From IMG/VR virus record IMGVR_UViG_3300027996_000011, positions 31,728-95,727 of that record: DNA of 64,000 nt; one strand, 5' to 3'. This document shows positions 1 through 10,106 of the stretch, piece after piece. The notes beneath the pieces were generated by a model. It searched no databases. It saw only the letters and a program-made list of their open reading frames with translations, and was not told where the DNA came from. This stretch comes from a virus. The position numbers and the translations under genes are program-made. Numbering within the stretch: the first letter of the stretch is position 1; each line of letters begins with the position of its first letter.

Positions 1-2
1 CT

Positions 3-278
3 GATGAAGATAAGGACGTTATTTTTGAACAATTGGACGACATGAGTTATGTGGACTCTATAGAAGAGGCTGGTAATGATAAAGTATATATAGAAAATAA
101 CTATGAAACTTGGTTTGCTTTTAAGTTTGAGGCTTATGGTTCTTATGGTGAGCATAAGTTTATAGTTGAGGAGTATAGTGATGAACACGGTGGTGATGCC
201 ACTTTTGTAGAAGGTGAGGATAAATTTAGTGAAGAAGAACAAGAACTAATTTACGAAGCCGTAAACGAATATATGTAA
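3..278 (+). CDS. Acidic hypothetical protein, 5'-truncated
   Basis: Frame is open from position 3 (DEDKDVIFEQLDD...) to TAA at 278, so the true start lies before the window. Confidence 0.7.
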   Translation, partial: DEDKDVIFEQLDDMSYVDSIEEAGNDKVYIENNYETWFAFKFEAYGSYGEHKFIVEEYSDEHGGDATFVEGEDKFSEEEQELIYEAVNEYM

Positions 279-279
279 T

Positions 280-432
280 ATGGAAGTGTTAATGTGTTTG
301 TTTGTTGTTTTATTTATAATTTTTTTATGTAGATATGTTATGTCAGAGGGGTATAAACGGGAAAACGAAAAACAATTTCTTCATAACTTAGAAAACTTTG
401 ATAAAAAAGAAAAAGAAAATGAAACAAAGTAA
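280..432 (+). CDS. Small single-pass membrane protein (50 aa, not in ORF track)
   Basis: ATG280..TAA432 reads MEVLMCLFVVLFIIFLCRYVMSEGYKRENEK...; hydrophobic N-terminus; fills the gap between neighbours. Confidence 0.6.
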   Translation: MEVLMCLFVVLFIIFLCRYVMSEGYKRENEKQFLHNLENFDKKEKENETK

Positions 433-673
433 ATTACCAGTTTGGTTTGATGGGGAAACTTATAATGAAGGTGGTAAAGTAAGAAATAGGTTTTCAGGGG
501 AAGAATATGAATTAACACCAGAAGAATTGTCTATGTATGACTTTATAATGGGTAGCCAAATAGTTTTAGAAATGGGAATGATAGACAACCCTAAAATGGT
601 TGAAGACCTAAGAAAAGGACTAGAGTGGTTTAGGATAAATAATAGTAAGGCTTATATGGTCTTATTAGATTAA
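419..673 (+). CDS. Hypothetical phage protein (84 aa)
   Basis: ATG419 (MKQSKLPVWFDG) after an A-rich run is a better start than TTG398. Confidence 0.75.
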   Translation: MKQSKLPVWFDGETYNEGGKVRNRFSGEEYELTPEELSMYDFIMGSQIVLEMGMIDNPKMVEDLRKGLEWFRINNSKAYMVLLD

Positions 674-698
674 TTAATAAAAAATAAAAAATTAAAAA

Positions 699-878
699 AT
701 GGCAGTAGAGATTAATATTATGGAAAATGGACCTATCTTGGTCAAAGGAGAAACCACAGTAACAAAAGGTGGGGAAAAAGTAGTGGTAAGTGAAAATTAC
801 GCATTGTGTAGATGTGGGAAAAGTAAGTCCCAACCAATGTGTGATGGAACACATAAATTAGAAAATTTTAAAGGATAA
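699..878 (+). CDS. CDGSH iron-sulfur domain protein (59 aa, not in ORF track)
   Basis: MAVEINIMENGPILVKG...YALCRCGKSKSQPMCDGTHKLENFKG matches C-x-C-x2-S-x3-P-x-C-D-G-[ST]-H and the upstream NGP-x-L-V-x-G strand. Confidence 0.92.
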   Translation: MAVEINIMENGPILVKGETTVTKGGEKVVVSENYALCRCGKSKSQPMCDGTHKLENFKG

Positions 879-882
879 AAAT

Positions 883-1113
883 ATGTATTATCAAGCAATC
901 GTGGCATTCGAAACTGGAGTTATGGATAACGAAGGAAATGCTAAAGTTAAAAAATTTAAATATGTTGTGGAAGCTGAGTCTCTTTTTGAGGTTAATAAAA
1001 GGTTAGCATCTTACTTATCTGAAGACACTAGAGATTCAGAAATAGTATCAATTGCTAAGGCTCCTTTTGAGGATTTTTTACACCCGGAATTGACCCCTAA
1101 GTATTATGGATAA
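883..1113 (+). CDS. Hypothetical protein (76 aa)
   Basis: Clean ORF in operon; resembles small Bacteroidota DUF4494-like proteins only weakly. Confidence 0.7.
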   Translation: MYYQAIVAFETGVMDNEGNAKVKKFKYVVEAESLFEVNKRLASYLSEDTRDSEIVSIAKAPFEDFLHPELTPKYYG

Positions 1114-1711
1114 AGAAAGTAACACTTGGAAAGAGATAATGTCAATGGCTAAAAATAATCCAAAACAAATGGACGACACTTCACTATTAAAAAATTTGGG
1201 TTTGGATGGGGATACTTTAAAAAAAATCGAGGAGGACACTATTGAGTCCGCCAAAGAAGAGATTAAAGTTAAGGTTAGCTTTATGAATACCTCCACCAAC
1301 GAAGACCCAAAACACAAATATATAGATGACAGTGGGATGGATTTACGTGCTAATTTAGAAAATCAGGTACATCTTAAACCAAGCGAAATAAAATTAATCC
1401 CAACAGGACTACACTTTGAATTACCTGAAAGTATGGAAATACAAGTAAGACCTAGAAGTGGTTTGGCAGCAAAAAATGGTATTACTGTTTTAAATACACC
1501 AGGAACTGTAGATAGGGGTTATAGTGGAGAAATAAAAGTTATTTTAATTAATTTGGGTAAGGACACTTTTATAGTAAATCATGGTGATAGAATTGCACAA
1601 GCTGTAATTTCACCAGTAATATCTGGTAGGTGGTGTACACTAACTAAAAAAAATAAACTAGCAAATACCAAAAGAAGTGATGGGGGATTTGGTTCAACAG
1701 GTATAAATTAA
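1106..1711 (+). CDS. dut: Trimeric dUTPase with about 50-aa N-terminal extension
   Basis: Motifs SGMDLRA, RPRSGLA, GTVDRGYSGE, RIAQAV, RSDGGFGSTG. Confidence 0.97.
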   Translation: MDKESNTWKEIMSMAKNNPKQMDDTSLLKNLGLDGDTLKKIEEDTIESAKEEIKVKVSFMNTSTNEDPKHKYIDDSGMDLRANLENQVHLKPSEIKLIPTGLHFELPESMEIQVRPRSGLAAKNGITVLNTPGTVDRGYSGEIKVILINLGKDTFIVNHGDRIAQAVISPVISGRWCTLTKKNKLANTKRSDGGFGSTGIN

Positions 1712-1720
1712 AAATATATT

Positions 1721-3163
1721 ATGTCATTATCAGTAGTATTCAGTTCAAAAGAAATAAATAAAGATTTTATAGAGTTAATAAAAAAAACCTCTGGGGTACA
1801 TAAAATAGAAATTTTACCATATGAAAATCCAGGAAAATATTCTTTAACTGATGTCTACAATATGGGTTTGAAGGACTCAAAAAATGACATAGTTTTATTT
1901 TGTCATGACGATATTAAGTTTGATACTAAAAATTGGGGTAGAAAGTTACTTAAACATTTTGAAAAAAGTGATTATGGTATATTAGGTGTTGCTGGATGTA
2001 GGTATTTACCTGAATCTGGAAAATGGTGGGAAATACCATCAGAAATGATGGGTCAGGTTTACCACGAAAATGATGGTAAAAGATGGTTATCAACATATAA
2101 CCCTAAATTTGGTAATAATATATTACCCTCTGTTTTAGTTGATGGGTTATTTTTTGCTGTTAATAAGAATAACTTATCTAGGGATTTTGACGAGTCCGTT
2201 AGGGGGTTCCATTTTTATGATTTAAACTTCTGTGTACAAAACTTCTTGTCTGGTGTTAAAATTGGTGTTATCTCTAATATTGACATTACCCACTTATCTA
2301 TTGGTCAAACTAATCAAGAATGGGAAAGGAATAGGATTTTATTTAGTGAAAAGTATAGTGATAGTTTACCATTAATGGTTAGCTTAGTTATGCCCGAATT
2401 AAAACCTAAAAAAAGTAGTCCTTTAGTTTCTATTATAATTCCTGTTTATAATTATGGAAAAACTTTAGATAGGGCAATAACTTCAGTATTTTCCCAAACC
2501 TATAAAAATTTAGAAATTATTATAATAGATGATGGGTCTACAGATAATTTTACAAAGTTAAAACTTAAAAATTTAAAATTACCAAATACTAAAATCATAT
2601 TTCAAGAAAATGGAGGCCCTTCTAAAGCTAGGAATGAAGGTATAAAAATTTCTAGTGGTGAATATATTTTACCTTTGGATTCTGATGATTTGATGCACCC
2701 TACTTACGTAGAACAGTGTATAAAAATTATAACTACAGATAAAAAATATAGCCCTATATATTGTGATACAGTACATGAGGGACAAATGAGGGGTATAGAA
2801 AAAAGGCCTGAGTGGAGTAAAGAAAGATTAATTAATGGCCCTTTTATCGTTAATTGTTCTATGTTTAGTAGAGAAGCTTTTGATTCTATAAATGGTTATG
2901 ACGAAGAACTAAAAGGTTGGGAGGATTACGACATGTGGTTACGAATGATGCAAGAAGGTTATGTGGGTAAAAGAATCCCAAACCCTTTATTTATTTATTT
3001 CCACCATGAAAGTGAAGGGACGGTATCCACTATAGCAAATCAAGATACTAAATCACTACACGAAAAAATATTAATAAAAAACAAGTTAATAACTGACCCA
3101 GCTAAAACATCTATTTACACTCCTTTAACGAATAATAACACATCATTTAATTCATTTGTATAA
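1721..3163 (+). CDS. Two-domain GT-A glycosyltransferase (GT2-like + GT2)
   Basis: N-domain FCHDDI and GFHFYD; C-domain VSIIIPVYN, DDGSTD, SKARNEG, LDSDD, WEDYDMW. Confidence 0.9.
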   Translation: MSLSVVFSSKEINKDFIELIKKTSGVHKIEILPYENPGKYSLTDVYNMGLKDSKNDIVLFCHDDIKFDTKNWGRKLLKHFEKSDYGILGVAGCRYLPESGKWWEIPSEMMGQVYHENDGKRWLSTYNPKFGNNILPSVLVDGLFFAVNKNNLSRDFDESVRGFHFYDLNFCVQNFLSGVKIGVISNIDITHLSIGQTNQEWERNRILFSEKYSDSLPLMVSLVMPELKPKKSSPLVSIIIPVYNYGKTLDRAITSVFSQTYKNLEIIIIDDGSTDNFTKLKLKNLKLPNTKIIFQENGGPSKARNEGIKISSGEYILPLDSDDLMHPTYVEQCIKIITTDKKYSPIYCDTVHEGQMRGIEKRPEWSKERLINGPFIVNCSMFSREAFDSINGYDEELKGWEDYDMWLRMMQEGYVGKRIPNPLFIYFHHESEGTVSTIANQDTKSLHEKILIKNKLITDPAKTSIYTPLTNNNTSFNSFV

Positions 3164-3166
3164 AAT

Positions 3167-3862
3167 ATGGAAACACTAACAGTATTATGTTCAAACTACA
3201 ATTCAGATAGGTGGATTGATAACTACTTATTGTCACTTAACAACCAACTTCTTAAGGAGTTTACTATTATATTTGTTGACGCAAATTCTACTGACCACTC
3301 ACTTAAAACAATTAAAAATTATAAATTTAGAGAAGGTATCACCAAAAAAATTATAGAAAACGATAAAAGAATTACGATTTACGAAGCTTGGAATATGGCT
3401 ATAGAGGCTAGTAAAAGTGAGTTTGTAATTAATTTTAATACTGATGATAGATTGTTTCCCGGTGCCTTACTAACCCTATACCATTATATGGTACAAAATC
3501 CAAATGTTGACATTGCTTATGGTACTAGTTTAATTGTTGGTGATGAGGACCATAATAATATTAGAGGAATACAGAATTGGCCGGAACATAGCCACGAAAT
3601 ATTATTACAAAATTGTATTTGTGGACCATTTCCAATAGTAAAAAAATCAGTACTTGTAAATAATGGATTATTTAACCCAAAATATACTATATCAGGTGAT
3701 TATGAAATGTGGTTAAGACTATCTAAAAGAAATTACAAATTTAAAAAAATAATTGACTTTTTAGGTTCATACTACGACAACCCTAAAGGGGTTAGTTCCG
3801 ATAAATCCACACTACAAGAACACATAAAACAAGATACTGAAATAAGAAATTTACATAGATGA
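3167..3862 (+). CDS. GT2 glycosyltransferase
   Basis: DANSTD, YEAWNMAI, NTDDR, GDYEMWLR. Confidence 0.9.
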   Translation: METLTVLCSNYNSDRWIDNYLLSLNNQLLKEFTIIFVDANSTDHSLKTIKNYKFREGITKKIIENDKRITIYEAWNMAIEASKSEFVINFNTDDRLFPGALLTLYHYMVQNPNVDIAYGTSLIVGDEDHNNIRGIQNWPEHSHEILLQNCICGPFPIVKKSVLVNNGLFNPKYTISGDYEMWLRLSKRNYKFKKIIDFLGSYYDNPKGVSSDKSTLQEHIKQDTEIRNLHR

Positions 3863-4545
3863 AAAAATTAATCTGTTATAGTTTGTGGGGTGATAACCCT
3901 AGATATACTGAAGGAGCTATTAGAAATGCTGAATTAGCTAAAGTAGTATATCCTGATTGGATTTGTAGGTTTTATGTTGGTAATTGTGTTCCGATTGATA
4001 TAATGAATAGATTAACTTCTTTTGATAATGTTGAAATAGTTGAGATGGGTGTTGTTGGTGATTGGACTGGTATGTTTTGGCGTTTTACCGCTGCTAGTGA
4101 TAAAGATGTTAGTATTATGTTATCTAGAGATACTGATAGTAGATTAACTTTACGGGAAAAGTATTCTGTGGATGAGTGGTTAAATAGTAAGTTTAGTTTT
4201 CATATTATGAGAGACCACCCTTATCATTCTACCGAAATTTTAGGTGGTATGTGGGGTGTTAAAGGTGACATATTAGACGGTATAAGTAATTTAATAACTG
4301 ATTATGTAAAAGGTGATTTTTGGCAAGTAGACCAGAATTTTTTAAGAGAAAAAATTTGGCCTTTAGTTAAAGAAAATTCTTTTACTCACGATGAATTCTT
4401 TAGTCATGTTTTTGGTCCTGCTAACCCATATAAATTTAAAAGAGACCCCAAACACTTTATTGGTCAAGCTTACGATGGTGATGATAAAATATTAGACGAT
4501 AATGTATATTTTAATGATTACTTAGATAAGTCTAAAAAAATATAA
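3859..4545 (+). CDS. Putative GT-A glycosyltransferase
   Basis: YSLWG...Y..GA..N, MFWRF, SRDTDSR (DxD), MRDHP.H, GGMWG, DQ.FL pattern; lies inside the glycan locus. Confidence 0.65.
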   Translation: MKKLICYSLWGDNPRYTEGAIRNAELAKVVYPDWICRFYVGNCVPIDIMNRLTSFDNVEIVEMGVVGDWTGMFWRFTAASDKDVSIMLSRDTDSRLTLREKYSVDEWLNSKFSFHIMRDHPYHSTEILGGMWGVKGDILDGISNLITDYVKGDFWQVDQNFLREKIWPLVKENSFTHDEFFSHVFGPANPYKFKRDPKHFIGQAYDGDDKILDDNVYFNDYLDKSKKI

Positions 4546-4549
4546 CAAT

Positions 4550-5377
4550 ATGAGAGTTTACGCAAATATAATGACAAAAAATGAGGAGCTACTACTAAAC
4601 GAACTACTCCCAATATGGAATAACTACCCAGTAGAAAAATTTATCTTTTATAACGATAATTCTACAGACGGTAGCGTTAACCTTATAAAATCCTACTTAG
4701 GTGATAGAGCTGTTATTCTTAATGATAATTTAGAAGAATTTAATGAATCACACAATAGGTCTAGAATGTTAGAATATAGTAGAGAAGATGGGGCTACTCA
4801 TGTTATAGCTTTTGATTGTGACGAATTACTCTCAAATAATACTATAACTAATTTTAATGAGGTTATTAATATGTATGAAACTAAAGACGTTTATCTTTAC
4901 TGGTATAATGTTGTAAATAACACTTTAAGTGAGACTAGGAATGACCCTTCTTACATACATAACTATCGTAGTTTTATATTACCACTTAAAAATACTGGTA
5001 AATTTAACTTAGCTTTATGGAAATACCACACACCTAGAACACCACAAATCAACCTACCTAAAAGCACAACTAAAGATTATGGTGTTATACACCTACAATC
5101 AATTAATACAAAATTTTACGCCTTAAAACAATTATGGTATAAACACTATGAGTATGTTAAATATAACCACCCGGTAACATTTATTAATCAAAGATATGAC
5201 CCAGTAATTAATAATTTAAATTTTATGTCTGTACAAACACCAGAAGAAATTCTTGGTGATATAAAATTTGACCACACGGTATATGATAAGATGTGTGAAC
5301 ATAAAGGATATTTAAAATTTATAAAAGAAAATTATAATAGTGAGTTAGTTACTTTTGGTTCTGAGTTTTTAGATTAA
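4550..5377 (+). CDS. GT2-like glycosyltransferase
   Basis: KNEE, NDNSTDGS, FDCDE (DxD) motifs. Confidence 0.8.
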   Translation: MRVYANIMTKNEELLLNELLPIWNNYPVEKFIFYNDNSTDGSVNLIKSYLGDRAVILNDNLEEFNESHNRSRMLEYSREDGATHVIAFDCDELLSNNTITNFNEVINMYETKDVYLYWYNVVNNTLSETRNDPSYIHNYRSFILPLKNTGKFNLALWKYHTPRTPQINLPKSTTKDYGVIHLQSINTKFYALKQLWYKHYEYVKYNHPVTFINQRYDPVINNLNFMSVQTPEEILGDIKFDHTVYDKMCEHKGYLKFIKENYNSELVTFGSEFLD

Positions 5378-5415
5378 AATATTTACGAATATAAAAATAA
5401 TATGTATATTTTAGT

Positions 5416-6042
5416 ATGGACCATCACGATAAACTAAACTTCGAAGAAATCACTAAATTTATTAAAGATGATAGTGTTGTTGTAGATGTTGGGGCACATA
5501 TAGGTGGTTATTGTGATTTTTTTTTAGAGAAGTTGGGTAAGTCAGGTAAAATATACGCTTTAGAAATACACCCAAAGAACTACGCTAGACTGTATAATAA
5601 ATATAAATTATTAAATAATTTAGTTTTGATTCATAAAGCTGCTTCTAATAATGACGGGGTTGAGGATGTGTATCATAACGGTAGTCCCGGACATACCCAA
5701 ACTACTAATATATTAGGTAAAGACACTAATGAAGTAAGTGTGCCTAGAATTGGTTCGATACAGAGTATTAAATTGGACACACTATTACATAATGAAAATA
5801 GTATAGATTTAGTAAAGATTGATGTTGAGGGTGCTGAGATAAAAGTTTTAGAAGGATTATCTAAAATACATAATAGAATTAATCATTTACTTATTGAATG
5901 TCATTTTGATAAGGATTGGGGCAGGATAAAAGACCTTTTACTTAATGAGTATAATTTTTTGTGTTACGATTTAAGTGATAAAAACAATATAGATATTACC
6001 ACTGACAAACGAGCTTATCAGTGTTTATGTAAAAAAAAATAA
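5416..6042 (+). CDS. FkbM-family SAM methyltransferase
   Basis: VDVGAHIG, ALE, KIDVEGAE. Confidence 0.92.
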   Translation: MDHHDKLNFEEITKFIKDDSVVVDVGAHIGGYCDFFLEKLGKSGKIYALEIHPKNYARLYNKYKLLNNLVLIHKAASNNDGVEDVYHNGSPGHTQTTNILGKDTNEVSVPRIGSIQSIKLDTLLHNENSIDLVKIDVEGAEIKVLEGLSKIHNRINHLLIECHFDKDWGRIKDLLLNEYNFLCYDLSDKNNIDITTDKRAYQCLCKKK

Positions 6043-6048
6043 TTTAAT

Positions 6049-6963
6049 ATGAAAAAAGTAATAGTTACAGGAGGGGCTGGATTTATAGGTTCACATTTAG
6101 TGGATAAATTAATATCTAAAGGTGTGACAGTTATTGTATTAGATAACCTATCATCAGGTAAAGAAAAAAATATAAATCCCAAGGCTACACACATAAATGT
6201 GGATTTAAGTACTATGGATACCAAAAAATTTCATTGGGAGTTATATCCTATGAAGTTTTTTAAAAATGTCGACACCGTTTTTCATTTGGCAGCTACACCA
6301 CAAGTACAATATTCCATAGAGAACCCAACAGATAACAATAATTTAGACTCTTTAATTAATATTTTAGATTTAAGTAGGGTTATAGAAGCAAAAAGATTTG
6401 TATTCAGCAGTAGTTCTGCTGTTTATGGTAACCCAACTTACACACCAATAGATGAAAATCACCCACTAAACCCATTAAGTCCTTATGCTCTACACAAATT
6501 AATTGGTGAACAGTATTGTAAACTGTACTCGAACTTGTATAATTTAGATACAGCGTGTTTAAGGTATTTTAATGCATATGGTAATAGAATGCCTAACAAA
6601 GGAGCTTACAGAAGTGTAATATCTATTTTTATGGAACAAACTGAAAAAAAACAACTACTTAATATTGTAAATGACGGTGAACAAAAAAGAGATTTTGTAC
6701 ATGTAGAAGACATTGTCCAAGCAAACATTCTATGTGCTGAATCAAAAAATAATCTTAATGGTGAAATATTTAATGTGGGTACCGGTAAAGCTTTTACTGT
6801 TAATGAAATAGCTAATATGTTTGGTGGTGAAAAAAAATATGGTGAGCTTAGGATTGAACCCAAGGATTCGGTAGCTGAAAACGCAAAAATAATTTTAGAC
6901 TTGGGTTGGTCACCTACGGGAAACTTAAATAATTGGATAAATAAAATATTAAATAATGAATAG
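6049..6963 (+). CDS. NAD-dependent nucleotide-sugar epimerase/dehydratase (extended SDR)
   Basis: TGGAGFIG, SSSSAVYG, YALHK (YxxxK), RYFNAYG, RDFVHV. Confidence 0.93.
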   Translation: MKKVIVTGGAGFIGSHLVDKLISKGVTVIVLDNLSSGKEKNINPKATHINVDLSTMDTKKFHWELYPMKFFKNVDTVFHLAATPQVQYSIENPTDNNNLDSLINILDLSRVIEAKRFVFSSSSAVYGNPTYTPIDENHPLNPLSPYALHKLIGEQYCKLYSNLYNLDTACLRYFNAYGNRMPNKGAYRSVISIFMEQTEKKQLLNIVNDGEQKRDFVHVEDIVQANILCAESKNNLNGEIFNVGTGKAFTVNEIANMFGGEKKYGELRIEPKDSVAENAKIILDLGWSPTGNLNNWINKILNNE

Positions 6964-7606
6964 TAAGACCATATCTTTATGTATTACGTGTTATGATGGT
7001 GATTATCATTTACTTAATACATTATTAAATGAGTGTAAAAAACAAACTGTACCACCTAATGAGATTATAATATCTTCTAGTGGTTTGGGTAGTGAATCTT
7101 TGTTAGGTATTGGTATGATAAAAATAAAAGGAGTGGAGGTGCCGATTATTAGTGTGAATTTTTTAGATAGACATTCTGAAGGTAGAGCAAGAAATGAAGG
7201 CGGTTTAAAATCAAATATGGACATTATACAGTTTTTTGATGTAGATGATACCCCACACCCCCAAAGAATAGAAATAACCAAAAAAATATTCGAGACTACT
7301 AATTGTGACGCTTTAGTCCACAGTTACCAAACTAATAATAAAGGGTTTGAGTCTTTAACTTTTACACCTTCTAAAGTTTTTGATTGTAGGTGGAACCCTG
7401 ATAATGGTTTGGGTGGTGGCCAACTTATAGCTAACAAAGAATGTAATATAGCTCATGGCCCTATAACAATAAAAAAAGAGATTTCAGAAAGTATAAAATA
7501 CACTTTTGATAGTAGAGCTGCGGATTGTAAATTTGCTGGCAAATTAATGGAAAATAACTATAAAGTATTTTATTATGATGATATATTAATGAATTATAAT
7601 TTATAA
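6956..7606 (+). CDS. GT2-like glycosyltransferase
   Basis: QTVPPNEII, ARNEG, FFDVDD, HPQRIE. Confidence 0.75.
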   Translation: MNSKTISLCITCYDGDYHLLNTLLNECKKQTVPPNEIIISSSGLGSESLLGIGMIKIKGVEVPIISVNFLDRHSEGRARNEGGLKSNMDIIQFFDVDDTPHPQRIEITKKIFETTNCDALVHSYQTNNKGFESLTFTPSKVFDCRWNPDNGLGGGQLIANKECNIAHGPITIKKEISESIKYTFDSRAADCKFAGKLMENNYKVFYYDDILMNYNL

Positions 7607-7607
7607 C

Positions 7608-8363
7608 ATGGAAAACTACACTACATACTGTTGGTGGACAGGTGATAACGAACTATCAGAAAATAGAAAAAAGTCCTTAGAGACCATGAAAATAGCACCT
7701 GGGGGTAATATTGTCTTCATAGATAAGGACAATTTAAAAGATTATATATTACCGGAATCCCCATTACATGAAGGGTACCATTACCTTTCACCAATCCAAA
7801 AAGGTGATTATTTAAAATGTTATTTTATGCATCATTATGGTGGTGGTTATAGTGATATAAAACAAACTTCTAAACCGTGGACTGAATACTTTGATAGGTT
7901 AAATGAAAATAAAGATTTGTACGCTATAGGGTATGGTGAAAGGGAACCAAATCATGTAGCTTGTCTAGAAGATTGTAGGTTAGACCCTCAAGAATCAATT
8001 AAATGTAGAACCAACACACTTAGTGAAGATGGTAAATCGTGGACATCCCAACACCTAAGAAATAACTGGACTAAGTTAATTGGTTGTGGGTTAATGATTT
8101 GTAGAAAAAATACACCTTTTACTCGTGACTGGTGGGAAGCTTTAAATGAAAAAATGGATGGATACCTAGAAGAATTAAAAAAGTACCCCTCTCAATGGCC
8201 TCGAGATTCTCATAACCATGTAAACCCTAATACTGGTGAAAAATCTAAATATCCAATTGCGTGGGCGGTATTACACGGACATGTATATCATCCACTAACT
8301 TTAAAACACCATAAAAATATAGACCAGGATTTAACCTACCCTGTAATGAGTAATTACCAATAA
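7608..8363 (+). CDS. GT32-like (DxD sugar-binding) glycosyltransferase
   Basis: GDYLKCYFMHHYGGGYSDIK resembles the SD..R...LY.YGG.Y.D motif. Confidence 0.7.
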   Translation: MENYTTYCWWTGDNELSENRKKSLETMKIAPGGNIVFIDKDNLKDYILPESPLHEGYHYLSPIQKGDYLKCYFMHHYGGGYSDIKQTSKPWTEYFDRLNENKDLYAIGYGEREPNHVACLEDCRLDPQESIKCRTNTLSEDGKSWTSQHLRNNWTKLIGCGLMICRKNTPFTRDWWEALNEKMDGYLEELKKYPSQWPRDSHNHVNPNTGEKSKYPIAWAVLHGHVYHPLTLKHHKNIDQDLTYPVMSNYQ

Positions 8364-8365
8364 CT

Positions 8366-8926
8366 ATGAGTTCACATTCACACTGGTCTACGGCCACCGA
8401 TAAAATTTTTATTAAAAAAATATATGATAATATAGGGGCATACATCAATCAAGGAACTATCCTAGATTTAGGTGTTGAGGATTATAATTTTGATTGTAAT
8501 GGGTTTATTGATAACCAGTCTGTAAAATATTGGCAATTGGAACCTAATCGAGTTTGTGGAAATAATGATGGTTTTTTTAATTGTACCGTACAGGAATGTT
8601 TGGACAAGTATCCTGGTAATGAAAATAAATTTGATTCTATATTAGATTTTGGGGTTTTGGGTTGGAATGGAATTAGGTTTTCCCAAGAAGAACAAGAAAA
8701 ATATATTAGTGTTATCCTTAAACTCTTAAAACCTGGTGGTTTATATATTTTACATGGTGATAGAGTTGAGGAGGATGAAGAGTATAAAATTAATATAGAT
8801 AAATTTATATCTCCTAACTTTGAGTTGGTTTCGGTTATGGGGTTTAAGTCTCATGAGATTATAGAGTGCCCTAGATGGGGTACCGTATGGGATATAAGAT
8901 TTTTTAAGAAAAATATAAAAATATGA
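8366..8926 (+). CDS. Class I SAM-dependent methyltransferase
   Basis: ILDLGV, KFDSIL, LLKPGGLYI. Confidence 0.8.
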   Translation: MSSHSHWSTATDKIFIKKIYDNIGAYINQGTILDLGVEDYNFDCNGFIDNQSVKYWQLEPNRVCGNNDGFFNCTVQECLDKYPGNENKFDSILDFGVLGWNGIRFSQEEQEKYISVILKLLKPGGLYILHGDRVEEDEEYKINIDKFISPNFELVSVMGFKSHEIIECPRWGTVWDIRFFKKNIKI

Positions 8927-9504
8927 AAAAAGTATTACTAGACTGTGGTGCAAATCATTTTCAAGGACTTAAAAAATTAATAACTGACTTAGATGTTGAT
9001 TCAGGGTGGGTTGTGCATTCTTTTGAACCTAACCCTAACATTAGTGTTCCTGCACCCCCCAACGTCACACTTCATCGTAAAGCGATATGGATAGAAGATG
9101 GTATACAACCATTTGCTGTAGAATCTTCAAGAGCGGAGACGGGGTGTGATATTAATACTGGTGGTGGTTCCACACTAAACCAGAATGAGTTAATTCAAAA
9201 CCTTTCCTCACCAGTAAGTTTTACTAAAATAGATGTACCAACCATAGACTTCTCCGAATTTATAAAAAATAATTTTTCAAAAGAGGATTACATAGTGGTT
9301 AAAATGGACATTGAGGGGGCTGAGTTTGAGGTCATATCTAAATTAATAGATACCGGGGTGGTACATTATATTAATTACTTACTTATCGAATATCACGATA
9401 AAACTTTTAAAACAGCACCTATAACACCTAGACCATTTTCACGAATTAAGTGTGAACAAATAAAATTTTTTAACGATAATAATATTAAATTTGAATTATA
9501 CTAA
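8923..9504 (+). CDS. FkbM-family SAM methyltransferase
   Basis: LDCGAN, SFEPNP, KMDIEGAE, IEYH. Confidence 0.88.
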   Translation: MKKVLLDCGANHFQGLKKLITDLDVDSGWVVHSFEPNPNISVPAPPNVTLHRKAIWIEDGIQPFAVESSRAETGCDINTGGGSTLNQNELIQNLSSPVSFTKIDVPTIDFSEFIKNNFSKEDYIVVKMDIEGAEFEVISKLIDTGVVHYINYLLIEYHDKTFKTAPITPRPFSRIKCEQIKFFNDNNIKFELY

Positions 9505-10106
9505 TGAAATACAAAAACACAAATAAATTAATGATTGTGGCTCATGCAGATGATGAGTTAATTTGGGCTGGTGAAACACTACTAAAAGAGAAAGGACAGT
9601 GGGATATACTTTGTGTTGTTACACCAGACCACCAAAGTAAATTTAGGATACCAATGTTTTTAGAGAGTGTAAGTAACTACCTAGAATGCAACACTACAAT
9701 GTTAGACTTTATAGATACTGGATGGAGGAGTAACACTCAAGCAAACCCAATCCGTGGTGATATAAACATACCTATTTTAGAAAAGATTAAAAGTAAAGAA
9801 TGGTCTATGATTTTAACTCACGGTGAATCCGGTGAATATGGTCATTACCACCACACTCAAGTACACCAATCAGTAAAAAGTATATTAACTGAAATTAATA
9901 AACTAGAAAAGCTTTTTGTGTTCGACCCAATTAAACACCCACATCCTTTAGTTTTATCTAAAGAAAAATTATCTTTGTTCGAAACCACATACGATATTGA
10001 AAGTAACTTACCACCAAGTCACCCTAGACAATGGATACATGGATGGAACACTAGTATGGGTTGGGAGGAGAGAATAGTAAATTACAAAACTAAAAAAATA
10101 TTATGA
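9504..10106 (+). CDS. PIG-L/LmbE-family N-acetylsugar deacetylase
   Basis: VAHADDE and THG..GEYGHYHH Zn-binding motifs. Confidence 0.85.
   Translation: MKYKNTNKLMIVAHADDELIWAGETLLKEKGQWDILCVVTPDHQSKFRIPMFLESVSNYLECNTTMLDFIDTGWRSNTQANPIRGDINIPILEKIKSKEWSMILTHGESGEYGHYHHTQVHQSVKSILTEINKLEKLFVFDPIKHPHPLVLSKEKLSLFETTYDIESNLPPSHPRQWIHGWNTSMGWEERIVNYKTKKIL

Noticed and set aside
630-854. 74-aa minus-strand ORF
   Set aside because: Antisense to the CDGSH gene at 699-878
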